This document shows, piece by piece, positions 1-8,321 of a stretch of DNA of 33,501 bases. A program made the position numbers and the translations under genes. The stretch is from Halocafeteria seosinensis. Lineage: Eukaryota. Within the stretch, counting starts at the first letter, position 1. Each line of letters begins with the position of its first letter. The DNA lies in the NCBI GenBank assembly GCA_001687465.1, contig LVLI01000529.1:1-33501 (forward strand), given 5' to 3'. Under the pieces are notes generated by a model, which worked only from the letters and a program-made list of their open reading frames with translations, made no database searches and was not told where the DNA came from.

Positions 1-720
1 CAGTTGACTATTGCGATGAGCACAGGATTCGTCGATAAGCTCTTTCCGTCCCATCCGACTACCTATAATGCAATTGAAGAGGTTGCAGAGATACACTAGT
101 GTTCTCGGCTTCCGTTCCTCGGTCCACGTGTCAAGTGGACACGCGTTGGGTTTCGCAAAGATGTGACTCGTATCTTTCAGGATCCTGCGAGAGTGAGGGA
201 GCCGCCAATCGCATCCGTATACGTCTTAATTTCGTCCAGAGTAACACCAGCTTTTCTAGAGTTTTCTTCGCGGACAAATGCTTCCACTAGTTGATGCCAC
301 TCCCTCAAGCTTGCGGGTTCGCGACCAGTCCTGTCTCCATGGTGCACTTCAAAACCAGTGTTGTGTTCCTTCACGGCGCATGTCAGCAAGGCTGCAGGAA
401 CAGCGGGCCCGTTGCTGCTTAACACGGGCGCATACCGCTCCTCGATAAGAGGATGTGGTCAACTCCCCGGCCGGTGGCCTATCTGTCACATATGTGTGTC
501 ATTCCCTTGGAAGTATTTCTTTAGTACGTTATTTACTGTCGACCGACATACACCACAGAATGCTCCGATTAGGTATCTCAATTTGCTGTCGGATATGGGT
601 AGAAATTTGGCGATGCTAGTCGTCCATATGCTGAGCTGAAGCGTGACATCCATTCCCGTCGGCACCACGTTTTGAACAGAGTGGATCAATTTGTCTTCTG
701 ATACGCGTGGATCTATCTGT
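1..720 (-). mobile_element. Decayed Tc1/mariner-IS630-like transposase, N-terminal DNA-binding region, running off the left edge
   Basis: ORFs 486..833 and 177..425 share one frame broken by TGA at 486, 459 and 177. They contain an HTH-like IGAFCGVCRSTVNNVLKKY (~513-569) and LVEAFVREENSRKAGVTLDEIK. After a frameshift comes TLVYLCNLFNCIIGSRMGRKELIDES (~27-103), resembling the segment before the DDE core. The catalytic domain is not in the window. Confidence 0.45.
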
Positions 721-1236
721 GGGACGCTGTTTATGCAAAGCAGATACAGTTGTATAACCTTTATAAATACGATATATGATACCTTTGACAGAATTGTCCC
801 CCTCCTCCGATGTAAACAAACAGCCTGTCTCAAACCTCGAAGACCTCCCTACAGGAACGGGGAGAATCGCAGAAGAACAAGGCTCGGTGGCGAATAGCGA
901 GCCCATCGTGCCCACTCCGGAGGAGTGAGGCCCAAGACGCTCTGAAAGGATACGTGTGAAGAATCTCATACTCACAAAGAGTCCGAGTGTTGGTGAGCGC
1001 AGGGGTAGGCAATGCAGGAGGGCCCTGGAGAGATCTTCGACTCCCTCAACTACATTTCCACTCAGTCGGTAGGCCATAATAAATAATACACACTACTACC
1101 TACATTATATGCTCGCAGCAGGGTTGACAGTCAAGAGAGAGCCACACGCATTGTAGACTCTATACTGAACACAAGGAGAACACAGAAAATAGTTGTAGCA
1201 GTAGCAAAGACTGAGAAGACAAAGAATCACGTCATC

Positions 1237-1590
1237 ATGCTTCGTCGAAGTTGCGCTCATCTGGGGTGTAAAGGGCAGGGGCTATATGCCACTAAATCGA
1301 AATCCCGAGGGCTTGCCTCTACTCTTGGACGGAACATTTTCAGCGACCAATTCTATGTTGGTGGAGTGAAGGGTAATGGTCTTCAGAGTGCAGGGACATC
1401 AGAGTTCTTAGGATTGTCGTCCGGGGCGAAACGAGGGAAGAAAAAAATAGGGAGGAAAACAGTACCGGTAGCCACTCAGAGCATGAGAACACGGTTCCGC
1501 GCGGTATGGGATACGTCGTACTGCTCTAGATCATACGGGCAAAGTCCCCACTTTTTATTGAACTCGTATGTGGCATCGTTCACATCCAAG
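1237..1590 (+). pseudogene. Possible SET-domain relic
   Basis: KGQGLYATK (GxGLxAT-like), FYVG (YxG-like) and YGQSPHFLLNS (weakly like GNxARFINHS) occur in SET order. The same frame has upstream stops. The resemblance is weak. Confidence 0.2.
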
Positions 1591-4500
1591 GCTGACGTGG
1601 ACAATGATGGACATGGCAAGGAGTCAGTGGACAATCTCACTTCTTCTTCCACAGCGGGAGACAAGCGTAAGTGTGACCGACCTACCTACCGGTACTTCTA
1701 CTTTGTGTTCATACTATACTTTGTAATGGTTTGGTTTATTCAACGGGTACAACCGCAGGCCACGAGGCACTACTCGAATGGGTGGAACAAGCAGAAGAAC
1801 TGCAACAAGACAAGAAAGAGACTTGTTTGTGGGAAATTAAGGAAGAGAACCTTGCGTTCGGAAGAGCACCATTCAACACGAAGGAGAACACACAAGACTT
1901 TTTTGAACTTATATTCGGTGAGAACAATGCCCTGACGAGAAATTTGGGGGCACTTGCGTTTGCAGAAAGCCAAAAGTACATAGGTATGTGATCCTTACGC
2001 ACTGGATGGCAAGCGATACCCCTTTTTTGAGATACGGTATTTGTGCGAGACAGATGAAAGTGGACAGAAGCCTCTATATTACAAGTATCGTGACCGTAAG
2101 TATAGATGCCAGCACAGGTGGGTGCCAACTCCCACCAGTGTTTGGAGATGGGTGTGGCATACAGTTCGAGTGTTACTTTTTAATGGTTTGGTTTATTCAA
2201 TGGGTACCGCAGGCCACGAGGCACTACTCGAATGGGTGGAACAAGCAGAAGAACTGCAACAAGACAAGAAAGCGATTTGTTTGTGGGAAATTAAGGAACA
2301 GAATCTTGCGTTCGGAAGGGCACCATTCAACACGAAGGAGGACACACAATCGTTTTTCAGAGCAATGCTTCAGAATGCTGACATGGGAAACTATTTAGGA
2401 GCAATTGCGTTTGCAGAAAGCCAAAAGTACATAGGTATGTGATCCTTACGCACTTGATGGCAAGCGATACCGATTGGAGATACCACTGGTACGGTATTTG
2501 TGCGAGACAGATGAAAGTGGACAGAAGCCTCTATATTACAAGTATCGTGACCGTAAGTATAGATGCCAGCACAGGTGCCAACTCCCACCAGTGTTTGGAG
2601 ATGGGTGTGGCATACAGTTCGAGTGTTACTTTGTAATGGTCTGGTTTATTCAACGGGTACCACAGGCCATGAGGCACTACTCGAATGGGTGGAACAAGCA
2701 GAAGAACTGCAACAAGACAAGAAAGCGATTTGTTTGTGGGAAATTAAGGAACAGAATCTTGCGTTCGGAACAGCACCATTCAACACAGAAGCAAACACAC
2801 AATCGTTTTTCAGAGCAATGCTCCAGAATGCTGACATGGGAAACTATTTAGGAGCAATTGCGTTTGCAGAAAGCCAAAAGTACATAGGTATGTGATCCTT
2901 ACGCACTGGATGGCAAGCGATACCCCTTTTTGAGATACGGTATTTGTGCGAGACAGATGAAAGTGGACAGAAGCCTCTATATTACAAGTATCCCGACCGT
3001 AAGTATAGCGAGTTCATGCCAGCACAAGTACCAACTCCCACCAGTGTTTTGACATGGTTATGGCGTACAGTTTGAGTGTTTGATAACGAACTCTGTACCA
3101 GGGAACATCCGTTTTTTACGGATAGAGTGGCTGATTTGTGCACCATGGTCAAATACATCATGCGTCACTCGACGTCGAAGAGCCAGGCTTGGGCGGAATT
3201 GTTCACTCTATTCGCGGCGCTATCGTGGGGAAGTGGCAAATCGGAGATAGGCAAACAATGTCTCCTACAGTTTTACCTCCAAGAAGCGGCAATTCTACAA
3301 CACGGGATAGCTCGACACCACCTGGACGGTGCTCAGGGAATAGCTTTGGGCCATGTAGACTTACGACAAGTGGAAGGACTGAACTCCTATGACAGTATGT
3401 GCTCGCGTAACTCATCGATGTCGTGTGGTTTTGATGAATGCAGCCCCTCAATTGTTTGTCATATGGTTTTTGTTGCAGCAATGCATTTGACAAAGTCTAT
3501 TTTAGCAGGCGCTCTGCTGAAGGCAGTGAAGATTGCGAAGAAGGAAGATGCGGAAACACAGACTGCATATACACGAGTTTTATCGGAACAAGCGGCTAAG
3601 GAATTCGTAAAGTGGTGGGACCAAACATATTGATGAGATGGGTGAATACAGTGCTGTGGGAAGTGTTGAACAGAGTTTTAAGAAGTTGAGAACGTTTTGG
3701 TCACAGTTGTACCACAATAAAAAGGTTCAGTATTACATAAGTAGTAGGACAGAAGATTCAAGTCGGATCCGCGAGTATAAGATCGGGGGATCCTCGCCAA
3801 CCCAATCTATACCCTTGGGGCTGGGGACTTTCCCGGAGGAGGAAGTTAATGCATTGGTCAAGGCCACCTTCATTGGCAAATCCGTTAAAGACACCGAGTT
3901 GCAGGAAGCTTCGCACCGTATTTGCAAATTGACTGCTGGGGTTCCCCGATTTATCACATTTGCACTCCAGGGCGCTTTGACCCCTGAAGGCATAACCAAC
4001 GAGTGGATTATCCGCTCGTCACTCACTCCGGCGGCTAACTTATTCAATCTTTGGGAGGACACGCATGCCGCCCTTGACTACGTGTGTCTGTTGTATGGCT
4101 TATCGAGGTGGAAAATTGCGGTCCCGATGAATCTGTCAGTCGGTAGTGTGTTGGAATACCTTTACCCCCTGTGTCGTGGCCAGAAACTTTGCCAGAATAA
4201 AACCTACAATGATATGCCAATGATCCAGCTCGTACGTATGCTCGGTGCATATGTGGACCCAATTGGGATGGAGAGAGACAAGATACAGGTGTCACTTCCT
4301 TATGTTATTACCAAACATCAAAAATTCTCTAAAATGTTGCAGCAGAAGCATTTGACAGGGCATTGGTTGCATTGGCGCCACGACTTGAGTGCCAGTGAGT
4401 TTGAGTGTCTGGTTACTTTTGTGTTGAGAGCAAAAATTAATCTCGCTAAAATCGACTCCGCCGATCCGTACGTCTTGTGGAAAGACGTGATACCAGCGTT

Positions 4501-5150
4501 GGATGGGTCCACAATGGGGAATACAGAAGCTATTCCTAACAGCATACACCCGATACCGGCTGTCCAAGCGGGCAGCAAGAGATTCAAAGATAAAAAGACC
4601 CGCCAAAAGTTTGATGAGATAATCAATACCGTGTTGACTGAAGTGACAGAGTTGCCGCCTGTCGATTTTTCTTTGTCGCCGGATGATTGGGATGAGTGTC
4701 GCAACGAACTGGTCCGGGGCCATGGTTACATTCGTTCCAGAGGGTCCACGAGTGAAGATGTGCTTTTTATCGGTCAGCGTGTATATATAGGAGGGCAGAA
4801 ACAGGCCCCCTTTGACCACAAAGCCATGTTTCAGTTAAAGTTATACCTAGATAGGACCTACCTGGATCAGGCGATACTTATAGAAGAAGCCTTAAAGACT
4901 TTTACTCCCCAGGTGACGAACCCTAAGAACAACGATTTCGTTTCTTTGGTCGTGTTCTGCACTGGAAGAAAGGTAACCGTGAACTACAAAGACGCTCCAG
5001 GGGTCCCAGTTGATGAGAAGAAGATCTATATTCCCGGGGCACTAGATTGACACATACGTATAGGCGGGAAGAAAGTGAGGGAAGAAAGGTAGCAAATCAA
5101 AAGAACGAAGAAAAACCAGATCTCGAAATAACAGTACCGGAGAATTCCTC
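1590..5150 (+). pseudogene. Crinkler/RHS-type (CR) protein pseudogene: repeated N-terminal module + P-loop NTPase + PD-(D/E)xK-type nuclease
   Basis: Exons: ..1666, 1759-1983, 2054-2095, 2213-2434, 2511-2552, 2666-2887, 2957-2998, 3071-3394, 3479-. Walker A is AALSWGSGKS (GSGKS at 3229-3243). Walker B HIDEMG (3626-3643) lies across a frameshift. Nuclease-like motifs are FECLV, SEDVLFIG and MFQLK. Lesions: TGA 3073-3075, a frameshift near 3626, and further in-frame stops from 5048 onward. Confidence 0.7.
1717..3080 (+). repeat. Three direct tandem repeats of ~455 bp (1717-2173, 2174-2626, 2627-3080)
   Basis: Each unit starts TACTTT(G/T)TAATGG and encodes HEALLEWVEQAEELQQDKK...AFAESQKYI plus DESGQKPLYYKY. 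Units are near-identical, including their intron sequence. Confidence 0.97.
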
Positions 5151-5153
5151 ACA

Positions 5154-5822
5154 CTTGCATTCCCAACGGAAACCATGGGACTTCCACTAGAACGGGGGCA
5201 TTTTTCGCAGGTCCCATGCTAACTTCCTCTACCGAGAAGGTCGTTGGTAGTATCATTGAGGCCGTTCAGCCGCTGAACAATGTCTTTGGGGGACTGTTCT
5301 TGGCATCTATTGGACTTGTACTTAACCCGGGCTTCGTATCTAAGAATTTAGTCCCTTTGAGTGTGCTATTGGTCAATTTGGTTGCATTGAAAGCGCTTCC
5401 AGTTGGATTGATACTTATGGTGTTTTAGGAAAAATGACTTGAATAGCCATCGGCAACTGCTGAAATAACGGATGTATCGCTGTGGAGAGTACTGTAACTG
5501 TTAAGAACAACAGATAGCTCCGACGGGAAATGCGACCCAAGGAATGAGCTTTACCGGTGAACGCTGAACTGTACTCAGCGATTTGAGCAAGTGCAAGACC
5601 CACACAGATAGCTTCGTGTCCAAGCGGGCTCCAGGAGACACCAATGACGAACAGGATAGCTTGACCAATGGATCCGGTGCAGTAACAGACAGCGGATCGT
5701 GGACATTGTTTAATCGTGCCTTACCGTCAACGAGTAAGACGGTCAAGCTTCATGAATCGGATTCAGATGAAGTGGATCACGGGAGAGACGGGGCGACCGT
5801 AACACTAAAGAACGAGGATTGA
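5154..5822 (+). pseudogene. 3' fragment of a CPA2 K+/H+ antiporter (KEA4-6/TMCO3-like) with an internal inversion
   Basis: Plus strand: MGLPLE-(frameshift)-GAFFAG, then VQPLNNVFGGLFLASIG..LKALPVGLILMVF. The expected next segment, ICVGLALAQIAEYS..YLLFLTVTVLS..HPLF, is on the minus strand (5452-5606). A hydrophilic tail resumes on plus to the stop at 5822. Confidence 0.85.
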
Positions 5823-5879
5823 GAGCCTGACGCTGAAAACAATGTTCACTCACATACGCGGGTGAAATGCCATGTTGGG

Positions 5880-7310
5880 TCGTAATCCATGACTATGCCA
5901 TGTTTATTTATTTTCTTCTTTGGCCACCTTTTTGTTTCTTCGGATCCGATCCACCGCCAGGTTTGATGTAAATAAGGGAATTCTTCTTGTTGAGCTCATC
6001 AATTGTTTGATGATTGTATTTTTTTCCATTTATTGTTGCAGAAGAAGCGAAGCAGTCTTGGTTCCACGTCATCGACCAACATAACTCCCATCTGGATAAG
6101 CTTTAGAACAAGAAGCTAATAGCCTCCATAAGGCGTTGGTGGAAGATACCCACAGTTATCATGGAAACACCAGTTTGACGCACAATGATATCTGCACAAA
6201 GGTTTCGTCGCTGGTGGAAAGTGCCTCCTCGCGGGAAAGTAGTCTACATGAAACTACTCAAACTATTGCAGAACGATTCATAGTCTGCCGCACTTACTAC
6301 TTCAGAACCAAAGTACGTCAACATCCCGAAACGGTCTTTTGCGATGCCCGGTAAGAGGGGAAGGTTGCCGATGAGAGGCCATTCAAAGAATCCTGGACAA
6401 TTCATACGCTGCACCAGGCAAGTCAAACTCAGCAACATTGAACGGCGAATTGCGAGGGTAGTCCCTCGTCCTCAACGAGTCAGGATCCCGAGCAGACCGT
6501 ACCATGCGCTGGAGATATTGGTTCACCACGAAAGCTAACAGTATCGTCCCCATTATCAAGAACACATTCTGTACTGTACAAAGGGAATGAGCGGTATCAT
6601 ACAGCTGCGGAAGTGCAGTGCGTCAGGCTCCCGTAACGGACAAACCGTTTGAAGATGTATTCGCACAGATGCAGGAGAACCCCTCCTTTCGATTATCCTG
6701 TCCTGTACGTAAACTGAGCCATGAGTTTTCTGTGAATACAGTCGCTTCGCTTTAAGCTGTATTGTGAGTATGTTGACAGCCTTTCAGTGGATGAGGGGCT
6801 TTGGGACAGGTATCTGCAGCTTCTGGTGTCTACGTGTACCTTCGAAAGCATCGTGTGGGTATTCCAAAAAAACGGACTACTCGATGTAACTATTAAACAG
6901 CAAGACTTACAATCACCCTTTCCGCTCAATTTGACAACGATCGCTCCAGAATTACCCGAGAAGTATGCACCACATTGACTTCCATACAATCCGAAGATTA
7001 CCTGAGTGATTGTCATGCAGATTTCCTAATAACAGTATGGAAGTCGAATAAAAGGTTTTTGAAGGGACTAACTTTACCTCAAAAAGTAGAGACCAATACT
7101 TAAAGGCATCCATGTCCGTTGGATTAAACTTTAAGGTGATGTTCCCACCCCTCGAAGGTGTGTCTGCTTTCGAGCTTGGCTGCCAAAGAGCAGCAACTTG
7201 AACGTATCAATTGAGGATGGAGACCAAACGACTCAAAAGATTGTCGGGCAGCTGAAAAATTGGACGTGTACACAACTCGTACCTATGTCCAGCATAGTTG
7301 GGAAATCAAG
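5880..7310 (-). pseudogene. Second, heavily eroded CR NTPase-nuclease paralog, convergent with the first
   Basis: Collinear by-eye matches to the 3638-5050 protein across frames: QSFESF/QSFKKL; MPLSIGL..EVKLVPSKTF/IPLGLGT..EVNALVKATF; FWNTHTML/WEDTHAAL; SVYVQ..ER/GAYVD..ER; PGFFEWPLIGNLPLLP/PALDGSTMGNTEAIP; VSAADYESFCNSL/LSPDDWDECRNEL; CADIIV/SEDVLF; FFC..IYIKPG/VFC..IYIPG. Confidence 0.6.
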
Positions 7311-7366
7311 CTAGTTGAAGCAATCCTGGCAACTTGGCAGTATATGCGAACGATAGTCACGAAATC

Positions 7367-7417
7367 GTATCATACTACTTATGAGTCTTATCATAGCCAG
7401 TACAGATAGTATGATAC
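7367..7417. repeat. Perfect 11-bp inverted repeat GTATCATACTA / TAGTATGATAC with 29-nt spacer
   Basis: Arms at 7367-7377 and 7407-7417, read directly. Confidence 0.8.
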
Positions 7418-8321
7418 CGTGTTCATACTATACGTAGGCCCTTGTTCCCTGAGGATTCAATTGTATCCCAACACCGTGGGATTGGTTTGCGAAATTGCCT
7501 CCCTGGCCTCCAGCTCCAGTGCCTCCAGTGCCTCAAACAACCGGTTAGTTACAGTACACGTACTGTGTAGTACTGCAACCAAACTTTTGGTTTCCAAATA
7601 CACTATCATACATAATATATAGTTACCGGTATAACGAGTGGTACACATGGTATTACCAGTGGTATTGATCATTGATTGCTTGAGTAACCAGAGAACGTGT
7701 TGACTGATAAACGTGGATAAATGTGTTGTACAGTTCTACGAACAAAACCGCAAATACTGTCCCAAGTTAAGGCACATTGTGTTCTTACTTGTAGAGTCGT
7801 TGTGGATCCGCGTAGTTCCCCCGCGAAGCCGTTGACCACCGAACCGCCTTGGATCCCGCTAATCAGGAATAGCAGCTGCACCCCGAAGAATCTTCTGAAG
7901 GTCGATTTCGAAATCGGAACCGACCACTACATACCCATCGCCATTTTCGTCTTCTGAAGTGTCATGAATGATGTGGCAAGGATTGGAATGCCACGTTTCA
8001 GCTGCATACTTATGAGTGGAACGGTGAAACTACAACTTGTACCGAGAAGCGTGTTCACTGCTAGCAAACTCGCCAAACTCAAGTGACTAAGTTGAGTCAA
8101 CATTTGTGAAGCTCGCAGAACGCGCGCAGACTGCTGCAGTTGCATAGAAGTGAAATTTTCACTGAATTGCTGTAAACATTGTATCAGGACTCGATATAGA
8201 GTCAAAGCAGTTCTCGTTGATACATTTTCATATCCTTTTAAACCACAGGGGAATATCAAGAAAGTCCTCCCGCAAGATATTTCAAATTGAAGTTTGCGTA
8301 GCCGTTTAGCGCTTCAAGACC

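Noticed and set aside
177..488. Three in-frame TGA codons suggesting TGA-to-Trp/Sec recoding
   Set aside because: Intact genes here end in TGA (ybeY, PP2C, CBS) and use TGG for Trp; the region also has frameshifts, so decay explains it.
1717..3080. CRISPR array or satellite interpretation of the repeats
   Set aside because: Units are ~455 bp, have no unique spacers and contain spliceosomal exons and introns.
6787..6978. Plus-strand VFQKNGLLDVTI resembling the Helitron Rep motif EFQKRGLPHxH
   Set aside because: Both HUH histidines are absent and the opposite strand aligns collinearly with the CR protein.
7419..7433. Exact 15-mer GTGTTCATACTATAC shared with 1705-1719 at the repeat's left boundary
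   Set aside because: Roughly one 15-bp match is expected by chance in a window this size, and there is no flanking similarity.
7669..8259. Short minus-strand ORFs or a possible small spliced gene upstream of NCAPD2
   Set aside because: No recognisable motif and no convincing spliced product.
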